A stretch of DNA of 64,000 nucleotides from an uncultured Bacteroidia bacterium (GCA_964648295.1 CAZYNH010000003.1:96360-160359); one strand, 5' to 3'; shown: positions 1 through 10,085, numbered from the stretch's first letter. Notes: generated by a model from the letters alone, not told the origin. Made by a program: numbers and translations.

Positions 1-760
1 AAACATTTATCCTGTAATCGGAAAGGCTGTTCTCGGCAACATATATTTTCCCGTTTCCGGCGGTATATTTGCAGATGCTTTTAAAAAAATCAACATTCGC
101 AGGATCGAATTTTTCATTCCATTCTCTCAAAACCGCCAGTTTCTTAAAATCAGGACCGAAGATCACCAGGTTGTTGCCAAAATAGTATACTCCCTCTCTG
201 TTCTCAGTCGCGTTAACATATCCGAGTATATTCGGGCTTCCCGGGACAGATCTTAAGCCTTCTCCCACTACCAGACCGCCGCTCTCATAGGGGACATTCT
301 CAATATAGTTCCCGTCCGGGTCAAACTTAACCATCTGCAGGTTGGTGAAAGACTGAACATAAATGATCCCGTTCTGCACAACAAGGTCGAAAGCTACGGG
401 GAACTCTCCCGGGCCCTGGCCTCTTTTACCAAAGCTTTTTATATAATTGCCGCTACTGTCGAATTTTTTGATACTGCCTTTGATATTGTCAAAGATGTAG
501 ATATTCCCGTCATCATCAATATCCATATCTGATGTGCTTGTGAATATTCTCGTGCTGTCCCCGGTATCCGAGTCTCCGTCAATCGTGAAAATCAGTTTCG
601 GTTCGATTGTAAGGTCCGGATCTGACGGCCTGTTCTGGTTTGAAAAATATTTTATGCCGTCCTTTTCAGTTAGAGTGTAGTTAAGGTCTTTCTCCTTTGA
701 ACACGATGTGACCGAGAGAAAGCATACTAATATCAGGATCATGACAGGTATGGTTCTCAT
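1..760 (-). CDS. beta-propeller repeat lipoprotein (3' end beyond window start)
   Basis: Minus-strand ORF read by eye from ATG at 758-760 to position 1 with no stop. Minus-strand RBS GGAGG (complement of 766-770). N-terminus MRTIPVMILILVCFLSVTSCSK is a signal peptide plus lipobox. Repetitive D/G-rich blade-like segments. Absent from the ORF track because it runs off the edge. Confidence 0.55.
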   Translation of the reverse strand, partial: MRTIPVMILILVCFLSVTSCSKEKDLNYTLTEKDGIKYFSNQNRPSDPDLTIEPKLIFTIDGDSDTGDSTRIFTSTSDMDIDDDGNIYIFDNIKGSIKKFDSSGNYIKSFGKRGQGPGEFPVAFDLVVQNGIIYVQSFTNLQMVKFDPDGNYIENVPYESGGLVVGEGLRSVPGSPNILGYVNATENREGVYYFGNNLVIFGPDFKKLAVLREWNEKFDPANVDFFKSICKYTAGNGKIYVAENSLSDYRINV

Positions 761-870
761 TTTATCCTCCTTAAATTTTATGAAATATAACAAATTAAAA
801 CGGGTGAATGCAAAATTTCTGATCAAAGACCGTATATATTTGACGAACGGTATAAAATAACTTAAATTTA

Positions 871-3135
871 GTGCTTTATGAGGTTAAAATGAAAGCTTTT
901 AGAATACTGGTCATACTCTTTGCGGCGAAAACCGTCCTGTGCTCGACACTGTCAGGATTTATAAGGGATGCGGTTACAAGCGAGGCAGTATTTGATGTAA
1001 ATGTGATCATTGAGGGAACAAGGCTTGGAACGGCTACGAATATGAACGGTTATTTCGTTATCTCGAATATTCCTCCGGGCAGGGTTAAAATTTCGGCCTC
1101 CGCGATCGGGTACAGAACTTTCAGGCAGGATATCGTATTTGGAAGAGGCGAGTCGAAAAGGATAAACATTAAACTCGAACAGGAGACTCTGGAGCTCGAA
1201 GAACTGAAGATCAGCGTTGACGCCGACGAACTGCCTGACGAATCTATGAATATAAGGACAGGCCTGCTCAAATTAAAGCCGCGTGACATAAAAACATCAG
1301 CGACTTTTATTCAGCCCGATCTATTCAGATCCGTTCAGACGCTTCCGGGTGTTGTTTCCGTCTCGGATTATTCGGCGGGGCTGTATGTAAGGGGCGGCAA
1401 CAGCGACCATAACCTGATCCTGTATGACGATATTCCCGTTTACAACCCGTCTCACCTTTTCGGAGTGTTTTCCACTTTTATACCTGACGCGCTCAGGGAT
1501 TCAAAACTCATAAAATCAGCCTATCCCGCCGAATACGGCGGAAGGCTTGGTTCAGTTCTGGACATTAAAAGCCGCGACGGGAACAGGGAGAGTTTTGAAG
1601 GTAATATATCGCTGTCGCTCTTTGCCGCCGAAGGCGTCATCACCGGCCAGGCTTTTGACGGCGGATTCCTTGCCGCTGCACGAAGGAGTTATATTGGGCC
1701 GATACTTGAGTCTCTGGGTGAAGAATACCCTTCATATTACTTCTGGGACGGGCAGGGACAGCTTTATCAGGACTTGGGTGATGACGACAGATTAATATTA
1801 AGCTCGTATGTAGGGTCGGATAAACTGAGTTTCAGGCAGTTCGACATGAACATGGGTTGGGGAAACGAATCTTATGCCTTGAGATGGCGGCATTTGTTCT
1901 CTCCCAAGATATTTTCAACATCAAAACTTTCATATTCAAGGTTTTACATTGACATGGATGCGTTCGGATCGTTCAGGTACAAGAACGAAATAGGAGATGT
2001 ATCTCTAAAGAACTCGACAGAATTCTTTGCGGCCAACGACCTTTTATTTAAAGGCGGATTCGAGGTACAGAGATTCTTCATCAAGTACGATCAGACCTTT
2101 GCCGGAACGAAACTGATGGACATAGAGGGGAGCTATTACATATATTCGCTCTTTTTTGAAGGGTCGAAAACATGGGATTCAAAATTTACTTTAAAGCCCG
2201 GTCTCAGGTTCGAATTCAACAACGAGCTGAATGACGCGCACAAACTCATCGTTTCTCCAAGGCTGAGCCTGAAATACATGACGGGCGATTACAGCTCGGT
2301 CACATTGAGCGGCGGAAGGTACTATCAGAGCCTTTTTACTGTCCAGCAGGAAAATCAGAGTCTTCAGATTATAGACAACTGGTTCCCCATAGACGATTCC
2401 GTGGATCCCGGGATCTGCGATAACGCGGCTCTGGGTTATGAAACAACTAAAAGAATTTACGGCGGAGACTATAAATTCACTGTCGAAGGTTATTATAAAT
2501 ACATGCAGAACCTCCAGAACTGGAAAGAGACAACATCGGCGACTGATGACATAATAGAGGATATGGAGATTAAAAAATACTTCATCAACAGCTATGCCCA
2601 CGCCTACGGAATAGAGTTTCTCGCCGAAAGGCAGTTCGGAAAACTTAACGGCAACGTGTCTTACACTTACGGAAAAGTAAGAAAGACGATCGACGATCCG
2701 CAGGAGGATAAGGATACTTTTGATGCGCATTGGGATATACCTCACAGTTTTAAATCGACGGTCAATTATAATCTCAACAAAAACTGGTCTTTCGGCACTG
2801 TGGTAACATATTCATCAGGCAGGCCTTATACAGAGAATATAGGTTATTACGTTAATATATCAGAGACCGGAGAAGAGAGTATTGTGGCTATAAAAGGCGA
2901 CCGGAACAGGATGAGGTATCCGGATTACTTCCGGTGGGATATAAGCATGAACTATACATGGTTCTACAAAAACGGCTCGAAGCTGCTTTTAAATCTGAGC
3001 GTACTTAATCTCACGAACCGGGAGAACATACAGTCATACATATATGACGAGCGGGATGAGGATAATACTGTTAAAAAAGATGTGTTCCCGATGCTGCCGG
3101 TACTTCCGTCGGTCAGGCTGAGCTACAGTTTTTAG
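871..3135 (+). CDS. TonB-dependent outer membrane receptor with N-terminal carboxypeptidase-regulatory-like domain
   Basis: 754 aa with a signal peptide. CarbopepD_reg-like N-terminal segment (GFIRDAVTSEAVFDVNVIIEGTRLGTATNMNGYFVISNIPPGRVKISASAIGY). Plug-like region (LPGVVSVSDYSAGLYVRGGNSDHNLILYDDIPVYNP). C-terminal aromatic residue (…SYSF), typical of a beta-barrel. Confidence 0.8.
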   Translation: MLYEVKMKAFRILVILFAAKTVLCSTLSGFIRDAVTSEAVFDVNVIIEGTRLGTATNMNGYFVISNIPPGRVKISASAIGYRTFRQDIVFGRGESKRINIKLEQETLELEELKISVDADELPDESMNIRTGLLKLKPRDIKTSATFIQPDLFRSVQTLPGVVSVSDYSAGLYVRGGNSDHNLILYDDIPVYNPSHLFGVFSTFIPDALRDSKLIKSAYPAEYGGRLGSVLDIKSRDGNRESFEGNISLSLFAAEGVITGQAFDGGFLAAARRSYIGPILESLGEEYPSYYFWDGQGQLYQDLGDDDRLILSSYVGSDKLSFRQFDMNMGWGNESYALRWRHLFSPKIFSTSKLSYSRFYIDMDAFGSFRYKNEIGDVSLKNSTEFFAANDLLFKGGFEVQRFFIKYDQTFAGTKLMDIEGSYYIYSLFFEGSKTWDSKFTLKPGLRFEFNNELNDAHKLIVSPRLSLKYMTGDYSSVTLSGGRYYQSLFTVQQENQSLQIIDNWFPIDDSVDPGICDNAALGYETTKRIYGGDYKFTVEGYYKYMQNLQNWKETTSATDDIIEDMEIKKYFINSYAHAYGIEFLAERQFGKLNGNVSYTYGKVRKTIDDPQEDKDTFDAHWDIPHSFKSTVNYNLNKNWSFGTVVTYSSGRPYTENIGYYVNISETGEESIVAIKGDRNRMRYPDYFRWDISMNYTWFYKNGSKLLLNLSVLNLTNRENIQSYIYDERDEDNTVKKDVFPMLPVLPSVRLSYSF

Positions 3136-3140
3136 GAGGG

Positions 3141-4109
3141 ATGATGAGGGATATATTAAGATATATTGTTTCGGCAGCAGCGGCGGTTCTTATCATTTCA
3201 TGCGAAAAAGGCAGCTCTACCCGTTATGAGGAAAAACTCGTTCTGTACTGCTATGCAATGGCTGATTCGACCATAGACAGCCTCTATCTTTCCAGGTCTG
3301 GGGGAGTGAACGAAAGAATTAATATGGAAAATCTGGGAGTTTCCGGAGCGTTGATCACACTTTTATGTAAAACACCCTCAGACAGTTCGTTCTCAACAGT
3401 CGGCACGCTCAGCGAATATCCCGGAAGGAACGGCTTGTATTTCCTGCCTGACGCGGATTTTGCCGATAAATTCAGACCGATGCACACATACAGATTAGAT
3501 GTATATCACGAGGATCACGGCAGAATATCTGCTCAAACCGTTTGCCCTCCGGAACTGGGCATTTTTTCAGTTAAGAATGTAGAAAAGAATTCAGAAATGG
3601 TGCCGGCTGAAGAAGATCCTCTTGCCGTTGATACGCTTTATTACCGCAGAGGAGACGGTTTTGACGATTTTGAGATGGTCAGATGCAGGTTCGATTCACT
3701 TTTAATACTTGCCGATCAGAGAATGGCATCGTACAGAATAGTTCCGGACGAGATAAGCAGAACAGATACTTCTTTCTGGCTTGAGGATACAACGGAGACT
3801 GTCTGGAATAAATATCCGGCGGTGACGAAGCTGTTCAAGAACAAAGAAAAATACGGAAAGGATTTCACCGAATATTACCTGAGGAGCATGAGCATTTACT
3901 GGTACGCTCTTTATCATGAGGGGCCGCATACAGTGATCTTTTCGTCAAAAGACAGATCTTTCAGGAGTTATATGGAGACGCTGTACGGAGGAGAAGAGAG
4001 ATTTACCAATGTTGAGGGCGGATACGGACTTTTCACGATATCGAATTCATCCGGACAAAAAAGCAGGTACAGAGTTTATGTCAAATCGCTCGAAAATAAA
4101 TATCCGTGA
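3141..4109 (+). CDS. lipoprotein partner of the TonB-dependent receptor (DUF4249-like)
   Basis: Starts 6 nt after the receptor gene. Signal peptide plus lipobox (LIISCEKGS). This receptor-plus-small-lipoprotein pairing is typical of FCB-group bacteria. Family assignment is from memory only. Confidence 0.55.
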   Translation: MMRDILRYIVSAAAAVLIISCEKGSSTRYEEKLVLYCYAMADSTIDSLYLSRSGGVNERINMENLGVSGALITLLCKTPSDSSFSTVGTLSEYPGRNGLYFLPDADFADKFRPMHTYRLDVYHEDHGRISAQTVCPPELGIFSVKNVEKNSEMVPAEEDPLAVDTLYYRRGDGFDDFEMVRCRFDSLLILADQRMASYRIVPDEISRTDTSFWLEDTTETVWNKYPAVTKLFKNKEKYGKDFTEYYLRSMSIYWYALYHEGPHTVIFSSKDRSFRSYMETLYGGEERFTNVEGGYGLFTISNSSGQKSRYRVYVKSLENKYP

Positions 4110-4121
4110 CGATAAATTACT

Positions 4122-4150
4122 TTGACTTGATCATAAAAATGTATTATATT
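4122..4150 (+). promoter_or_regulatory. sigma70-like promoter for the tRNA pair
   Basis: TTGACT (4122-4127), 17-nt spacer, TATATT (4145-4150), about 21 nt upstream of tRNA-Ser. Consensus match only; FCB-group promoters can differ. Confidence 0.45.
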
Positions 4151-4171
4151 TACCCCTCGTCGAACGATATC

Positions 4172-4255
4172 GGAGACGTGGCCGAGCGGTTTAAGGCGCA
4201 CGCCTGGAAAGCGTGTTTCCGCAAGGAAACGTGGGTTCGAATCCCACCGTCTCCG
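4172..4255 (+). tRNA. tRNA-Ser (anticodon GGA)
   Basis: Cloverleaf folded by hand. Acceptor GGAGACG/CGTCTCC. D-arm GCCGAGCGGTTTAAGGC. Anticodon stem CACGC/GCGTG with loop CTGGAAA. Long variable arm TTTCCGCAAGGAAAC. T-arm GTGGGTTCGAATCCCAC. No encoded CCA. Confidence 0.85.
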
Positions 4256-4272
4256 CTAATTTTTGGGGTCTT

Positions 4273-4346
4273 GTACCCATAGCTCAATTGGATAGAGTAC
4301 CTGGCTACGAACCAGGCGGTTGGGGGTTCGATTCCCTCTGGGTATA
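4273..4346 (+). tRNA. tRNA-Arg (anticodon ACG)
   Basis: 74 nt. Acceptor GTACCCA/TGGGTAT (first pair G-U). D-arm GCTCAATTGGATAGAGT. Anticodon stem CCTGG/CCAGG with loop CTACGAA. T-arm GGGGGTTCGATTCCCTC. Confidence 0.8.
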
Positions 4347-4350
4347 CATT

Positions 4351-4379
4351 AAAAAAGCAGGCTTGCGCCTGCTTTTTTG
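4351..4379. terminator. bidirectional intrinsic terminator
   Basis: AAAAAA-GCAGGC-TTGC-GCCTGC-TTTTTT. Serves the tRNA pair on the plus strand and the convergent membrane-protein gene on the minus strand. Confidence 0.8.
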
Positions 4380-4382
4380 TTC

Positions 4383-5666
4383 CTATCCTTCTTCCAGAGG
4401 GCCTTCGTCACCTGCGTCATTGTATGCCGAATATATCCTGAATGAGACCAGAAGGCATAAAGCCGCCGATATCGCTCCCAGCCCGAAAACAGCGTAATAT
4501 CCGAAATTCAGCCACAATACTCCGGTAGTAACAGGGAAAACTATTTTCGCGGCCATAATGAGTCTCTCGTATATGACCATGTTGGATCTTTGCTCGTTAG
4601 GCGTGGCAAAGTAGGAGATGAAGCTTTTTATCGCGTTATCGAAAAGGGTTGTAGTACCGTACAGAGACAATAGAGCAAGCAGGATATATTTCATAAATGA
4701 ATCCTGAGTAATGTAAGGGCTTGCGGAAAAAATTAACACAAAGAAGAAAACAAGGCTGACTAAATATCTTATCTTCATGGTCCTGTCTTCACCGCTGTTC
4801 TTCATGATCTCAGTGGCTTTTCTGCGTAAAAAGAAGACAAGAGCTGAGTGGAGAAGGAAAATAAGGGCAATGAAACCGAGGCTCATATTAAATTTTTCCA
4901 CAAGAAAGAAAGCTCCGAAATATATCATGATAATGTTAACTACCGCGGTGAAGAATGTCAGAATATAGAAATTAAAAAATTTGCCTCTTATAATAAACTC
5001 GACATTTTCTTTCAGAGCCTTTGCCGCCGCCGCTTTCTTCGAACTCATTATTCCAATAACGATCAGAGGCAATCCTATTGCCCCGTAAAGAATAAAATAG
5101 AAATAATCGAAAGTGAGAAACCCCAGCACTGTTACGAGGAAGAACCCCGATGCGGTCCCGAGGAGTCCGAAGGCCGCTACCTTGCTCAGAATAACAGGAG
5201 TGTCTGCGCTGTCGGTGCTGTGTTTAACGAGAGAGTTTTTGGTAGTCTCGAAATATTCGTAACTGAGAGATATGAGAAAAGCGAATATGGCCATATTGAC
5301 GGTTGAGATGCTTATGTTTTCTCCCGAAAACTTATAAATTGAAGCCAGAAGGGGATTTTCAAAGCCGGCGAAAGCGCACAGGATCACGGCCGTTCCGACC
5401 ATAGCTACAAGGATCCCAAGAAGCCTGGATTCGGAGATATATGCAAGAAGAATGGAAATGATGAACCCGAACAGAACAGCTGATTCATTAACAGAAAGAA
5501 TCAGTCCGAAATCAAAAGCTTTCAGGCTCAGCTCAGTAACGGAATAGTTCATAAGAGACGCTATCCAGCCGGCTGTTCCGAAGCAGGCTAAGAATGACAG
5601 ATTTGCCGCAATTTTTATTTTTGGATCCGTTTTGTTGTCGAAGCTGAAAAAACTGAACATGCTCAT
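4383..5666 (-). CDS. polytopic membrane protein, MFS-transporter-like
   Basis: 427 aa with about 12 predicted hydrophobic helices. No catalytic motifs. Confidence 0.5.
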   Translation of the reverse strand: MSMFSFFSFDNKTDPKIKIAANLSFLACFGTAGWIASLMNYSVTELSLKAFDFGLILSVNESAVLFGFIISILLAYISESRLLGILVAMVGTAVILCAFAGFENPLLASIYKFSGENISISTVNMAIFAFLISLSYEYFETTKNSLVKHSTDSADTPVILSKVAAFGLLGTASGFFLVTVLGFLTFDYFYFILYGAIGLPLIVIGIMSSKKAAAAKALKENVEFIIRGKFFNFYILTFFTAVVNIIMIYFGAFFLVEKFNMSLGFIALIFLLHSALVFFLRRKATEIMKNSGEDRTMKIRYLVSLVFFFVLIFSASPYITQDSFMKYILLALLSLYGTTTLFDNAIKSFISYFATPNEQRSNMVIYERLIMAAKIVFPVTTGVLWLNFGYYAVFGLGAISAALCLLVSFRIYSAYNDAGDEGPLEEG

Positions 5667-5685
5667 ATCTTACCCTTCCAGATTA

Positions 5686-6561
5686 TTAATTCTCCTCGCC
5701 TTTCTGTTTGAAAATTACGATCTTTCTGCCCTTGTCGTCGTGTCCGAATTCAAGAGTTGCCTGATCCGAATACAGAACCAGTTTATCCTTGACGGTCTCA
5801 ATTGAAGCGCCAAGTTCGCCGCACAGTCCTTCAAGCTCATCGTATTTTTTGTCTAAAATGGCATTTTTAAGCCTAATGTAGGCGTTATCCGCATTATCGA
5901 GAACTCTGTCGAAATCCATGTGGATAGAATTTATCATTGTGATTATCGTTTCAACGACCGCGGCTCTTTTTATGTCCCTCTGGCTCTGGAGAAGTTCCTG
6001 GTTTTTCTTCTCGAATTCCTTCTGTGTTTTGAGAAGTTCGGTGGTTCTCATTGAATTCTCAAGCTGAAGTTCATAAAGTTTTTTATACTTGCTTGACTCG
6101 TTGGCGGCCCTGATAGATGTTTCTCCCAGTCTTTCGGCAATAGTTTTGCCCAGATTCTTCTGGATGCCGGGTACTATCTCGTAAATTTTATAAAAATCAC
6201 CTGTGTTGACGAATATTATCTTGCACACTGCGCTGAAGCAGTAAACATTGGCAGCCCTCTTTTTGTTGCTGACAAGGGCAAGTTCTCCGACGAACTCATT
6301 CTTGCTGCAGTAATTAAGGATCACTTCTTTGTTCTCGTCGTCATCAGCGGTGTCTTTCATCGTGGATTTCTTTATAACCACAGACCCTTTCAGGATCAGA
6401 TATATTCCGTCAGGATCAGCGTTCTGCTCGATAATAAGATCGTCTTTCTGATACTCCCGAAGCTGAAAAAGATCATCATTCAGCCTCTGAAGCTCTTCTT
6501 CACTTATTCCTTCAAACAGGAGGTTCCTGCTCAGATATTCGAGTATTTTCGGTGAAAGCAC
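5686..6561 (-). CDS. cyclic-nucleotide-binding domain protein with C-terminal coiled coil
   Basis: cNMP-binding signature (YLILKGSVVIKK … FVGELALVSNKKRAANVYCFSAVCKIIFV). C-terminal heptad-rich helix. No HTH seen. Confidence 0.6.
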   Translation of the reverse strand: MLSPKILEYLSRNLLFEGISEEELQRLNDDLFQLREYQKDDLIIEQNADPDGIYLILKGSVVIKKSTMKDTADDDENKEVILNYCSKNEFVGELALVSNKKRAANVYCFSAVCKIIFVNTGDFYKIYEIVPGIQKNLGKTIAERLGETSIRAANESSKYKKLYELQLENSMRTTELLKTQKEFEKKNQELLQSQRDIKRAAVVETIITMINSIHMDFDRVLDNADNAYIRLKNAILDKKYDELEGLCGELGASIETVKDKLVLYSDQATLEFGHDDKGRKIVIFKQKGEEN

Positions 6562-6726
6562 TTTAACTTACCGCCGCTTTTGTTCAGTCTGTAATAAATT
6601 AACCAATTAGTTTTGAAAAATCAATATTAATTATTTATACCTTTCGCATCCGGTCAAAAAGTCGTAAATTATATTCCGGGCGCAGCTTCAGCCTGCAAAA
6701 ATAATGTAACTGACGGGGATAAAAAA

Positions 6727-7767
6727 GTGAGAAAGCTGTCACTCATAGTTCTGGTCTCGGCCGCGGCGGTTTTCGCCTCAGGCGTAAAAACTTACTATAA
6801 CTATTACGAAAATTTCAGTTATGATCCGGTAACGGCAATTTCGTCGCATACGGGCGCATATCTTTTCGATCATGTTCCTGTCAACCTTGACGATCTTGAT
6901 TATAAGTTAAAGTTCATTCTATCGGCCTCGCCTTTTGTCAGACAGGCTGGAGATCGGTACGGAACCGATGTTCAGAATTCAGAGAATGTGGATATGCTGA
7001 AGAATTTCTGCTTCCTTTACTATTACCAGAGGGAGTTCATGCCTTTCCTGTCTTATTCAACGCCTTATAAATCAGTTCTGAATTATAACGACGAAAGAGA
7101 GATCATTAAGAAAAGGGACGCGCTTTCCTTAGGGATACTTTCTGACCTCAGGCACCATCAGATAGGGCTTTTTTTCAGCGGTCTTATGTCCGCATACTCA
7201 GACAGACAGCTTAATAACGGCGGGGAGTATACCTTCAGGAGAGGCGGATTTTCTGCCGGAATGACTGTAAACGTTAAAGTCAACAAAAGATCGTCTATGA
7301 TATTAAGCGTTGTTTCCCCTGTATTTCTCGACTTTGATATTGATAACAATTACAGCGGTAATGACAGATCATATTTCGATAAATTCCAGTCTTCAACAGG
7401 GTTCAATTATAAATACAGGGATTTCTTTGCGACATATACATTTGTTTATAAAAACAACCGTGTATTCTATGATGATGACGACGGACACCAGCTTACTTAT
7501 CCATGGATTATAGAGCACAATTTTATTGCCGGGTACAAAGTTGATAAGAATATCAGTTTTTCTCTTGATTACCAGCTTATGCCGTCGGTCTTTACAGAGA
7601 ATATGCCGAAGATCGGCGATGTTTACAGGCACACCGTGGGCGCATTCGCTTCAGTAAATTTCGGGTCGTTCACTCTTAACATGAGATATGCCGACAGCGA
7701 ATTTTTCTCTGAAGAGGGTATAGGCAGGATCTATTTTCAGGCTGACCTGATCTATATTTACAAATAA
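6727..7767 (+). CDS. hypothetical secreted/outer-membrane protein
   Basis: GTG start. Signal peptide MRKLSLIVLVSAAAVFASG. Y/F/N/D-rich composition suggesting a beta-barrel. Ends with an aromatic residue. Confidence 0.5.
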   Translation: MRKLSLIVLVSAAAVFASGVKTYYNYYENFSYDPVTAISSHTGAYLFDHVPVNLDDLDYKLKFILSASPFVRQAGDRYGTDVQNSENVDMLKNFCFLYYYQREFMPFLSYSTPYKSVLNYNDEREIIKKRDALSLGILSDLRHHQIGLFFSGLMSAYSDRQLNNGGEYTFRRGGFSAGMTVNVKVNKRSSMILSVVSPVFLDFDIDNNYSGNDRSYFDKFQSSTGFNYKYRDFFATYTFVYKNNRVFYDDDDGHQLTYPWIIEHNFIAGYKVDKNISFSLDYQLMPSVFTENMPKIGDVYRHTVGAFASVNFGSFTLNMRYADSEFFSEEGIGRIYFQADLIYIYK

Positions 7768-7782
7768 AAGGGCGGAGATAAT

Positions 7783-9450
7783 ATGGTCACGACGGTTGAC
7801 TTGACAATAATCAATACCGGAGAAACGATGCAGGTTCCCCTCGGCAGCCTTCTGTCGCAGGTTCTGCCTGAGCTTGATCTGAAGCTGAAGTACCCCGTTA
7901 TAGGCGCAATAGTAAATAATTCGTTGAAGGAACTGACTTTCCCGATACTTAACGAATGCGAGGTCGAGTTTATTGACAGGACATGCCCCGACGGCCTGAA
8001 TATGTATCTCAGGTCGCTTATTTTTGTGATGTGCAAAGCGGTCAATGATATCTTTCCCGAATCGAGGCTGTATGTTCTTCACGCTGTTTCAAAAGGTTAT
8101 TACTGCGAGCTGAAAGACTATTCGGGGAAAGATCTTACGGACCCTGAGTCTGTACTTAAGATCAAAAACAAAATGAAAGAGGTGGTTTCGCAGGATATCC
8201 CTTTTGAAAGATTCAGGATGAAAACAGAGGACGCCATACAGAAGTTCATCAGCCAGGGCCTTGACGACAAAGAGCTTATTTTAAGGCAGAGAAAGAGGAT
8301 ATATACATCGGTCTATAAGCTTGACGGTATCGTGAATTATCTGTACGGATATCTCGCTCCCTCCACCGGCAGTCTAAAGGTATTCAATCTGATAAAATAT
8401 TTCGACGGTATGCTCCTGCAGGTCCCTTCGGCGTCAAACCCGGACAGCGTATTGGAAAGAACTCCGCAGAACAAGCTTTTCGAAGTGATAAACGAACACA
8501 GCAGGTGGGTGAGGCTTCTCGGAGTGAACAATGTCGGAAAGCTGAATGACAAGATAATCAACAAAGAGGCGGGTGATCTCATCAAGATCTCCGAAGCCCT
8601 GCATGAAAAGAAGATCGCTTCAATAGCGGATGAAATAGCATCGAGAAAGAATACAAAACTCGTTCTAATAGCGGGGCCGTCTTCATCAGGCAAGACCACC
8701 TTTTCCAAAAGGCTGAGCGTACAGCTTCAGGTATCCGGTCTGAAACCACTCGTGATCGGGCTCGACGATTATTTCGTGGACAGGGAGCACACCCCGCGCG
8801 ATGAGAAGGGCGAATACGACTTCGAATCCATAGAAGCTATAGATATTAAGCTGTTCAACGATCAACTTCTAAGTCTGTTCGACGGGGAGGAGGTGGAGAT
8901 ACCGAGGTTCGATTTCCAGACAGGAAAAAGAATGCCGGGCAAAAAAATGAAATGCGGCCCGGAGAATATTATCATAGTCGAGGGCATACACGGTCTGAAC
9001 CCGCATCTTACGAACAGGATACTTCCCGAGCACAAGTTCAGGATCTATATTTCAGCTCTGACACAGATATCTATTGACAGGCATAACAGGATACCGACGA
9101 CGGACAACAGGCTTATAAGAAGGATCGTCAGGGATTACAACTACCGCAGCCATAAGGCCCTCGACACTCTGAAAAGGTGGCCGAGCGTCAGAGCCGGTGA
9201 GGAGAAAAATATCTTCCCGTATCAGGAGGAGGCCGATGTAATGTTCAACTCAGCCCTGCTTTACGAATTCAGCGTTCTCAAAAAATACGCCGAGCCGATA
9301 ATCAATGAAGTTCCGGAGACCGCGAGAGAATATTCCGAGGCGAACAGGCTCTTAAAATTCCTGTCCTTCTTCCTGCCTATGGGGAACGAGGATATTCCCA
9401 ACACTTCGATACTCAAAGAGTTCATAGGCGGAAGCAGTTTCGAGTATTAG
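7783..9450 (+). CDS. uridine-kinase/phosphoribulokinase-family nucleoside kinase fused to an N-terminal ThrRS-like (TGS-type) domain
   Basis: 555 aa. P-loop LVLIAGPSSSGKTTFSKRL followed by a PRK/Udk-like core. N-terminal ~250 aa resembles a ThrRS N-terminal domain. Confidence 0.55.
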   Translation: MVTTVDLTIINTGETMQVPLGSLLSQVLPELDLKLKYPVIGAIVNNSLKELTFPILNECEVEFIDRTCPDGLNMYLRSLIFVMCKAVNDIFPESRLYVLHAVSKGYYCELKDYSGKDLTDPESVLKIKNKMKEVVSQDIPFERFRMKTEDAIQKFISQGLDDKELILRQRKRIYTSVYKLDGIVNYLYGYLAPSTGSLKVFNLIKYFDGMLLQVPSASNPDSVLERTPQNKLFEVINEHSRWVRLLGVNNVGKLNDKIINKEAGDLIKISEALHEKKIASIADEIASRKNTKLVLIAGPSSSGKTTFSKRLSVQLQVSGLKPLVIGLDDYFVDREHTPRDEKGEYDFESIEAIDIKLFNDQLLSLFDGEEVEIPRFDFQTGKRMPGKKMKCGPENIIIVEGIHGLNPHLTNRILPEHKFRIYISALTQISIDRHNRIPTTDNRLIRRIVRDYNYRSHKALDTLKRWPSVRAGEEKNIFPYQEEADVMFNSALLYEFSVLKKYAEPIINEVPETAREYSEANRLLKFLSFFLPMGNEDIPNTSILKEFIGGSSFEY

Positions 9451-10085
9451 TCACACCTTGATCTCAGCCAGTCGTTAAGATCATCGCGCTTCGCGTTGGC
9501 GACAAGTTCTTTTAGCGGTATCTTATTCACGAAATATTTAAATACATGCGAATATTTTTCATAGCTTCCGCGCTCAGGGTTTCCGACTATGCCCCATATT
9601 TCATCTTCGGTCAGCTTGATCTTCGATCGCGTAAACTGATCTGCCGCGAATATCGCGAATCCTTCAAAGAACCAGACCGGTCCCATCGCCTCCTCATCGC
9701 CGTTAAGGATCCTGACATGCAGCCTGTGGCAAATTTCATGTGTAAGAAGTTTTACATAGCTGTCAGGCTCGATCCCCTGTGGATAAACTTTCGCATAATA
9801 TTCGGGGGAGACCGCAATCAGATTCCGTTCTTCCAGCGCGCCGCAGTAGCTGTCGGGCAGGATCATTCCTTCGTCCATTCCGCATAGTTTAAGGAGAGTT
9901 CTGTTGAATTCCTGCTTATCTTCAAAGATCATTACTTTATCAAAAAAGCTTTCATGGACAAGGGAAGACCATCCGTATTTTGCCGCAAAGGCGCGGACAT
10001 TCTCCATTGCCTTAACAATATATCCTTCAAATTCAGATCTGCGCGGCTCGAGAGAAGGGGAGAGGATAAGGTTGAAAGTTCTCAT
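9447..10085 (-). CDS. hypothetical protein with HExxH motif (putative zinc metallopeptidase-like)
   Basis: 212 aa. LTHEICHRLH contains HExxH. Overlaps the upstream gene by 4 nt. Confidence 0.45.
   Translation of the reverse strand: MRTFNLILSPSLEPRRSEFEGYIVKAMENVRAFAAKYGWSSLVHESFFDKVMIFEDKQEFNRTLLKLCGMDEGMILPDSYCGALEERNLIAVSPEYYAKVYPQGIEPDSYVKLLTHEICHRLHVRILNGDEEAMGPVWFFEGFAIFAADQFTRSKIKLTEDEIWGIVGNPERGSYEKYSHVFKYFVNKIPLKELVANAKRDDLNDWLRSRCD

Noticed and set aside
2191-2745. 184-aa ORF antisense to the TonB-dependent receptor, and similar antisense ORFs at 1050-1289, 49230-49760, 55121-55645 and 56462-56902
   Set aside because: They are contained within better-supported genes on the other strand and have no start context or motifs.
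4213-4497. 94-aa plus-strand ORF
   Set aside because: It spans the tRNA-Arg gene and the terminator hairpin. It is explained by the tRNA locus rather than a protein.
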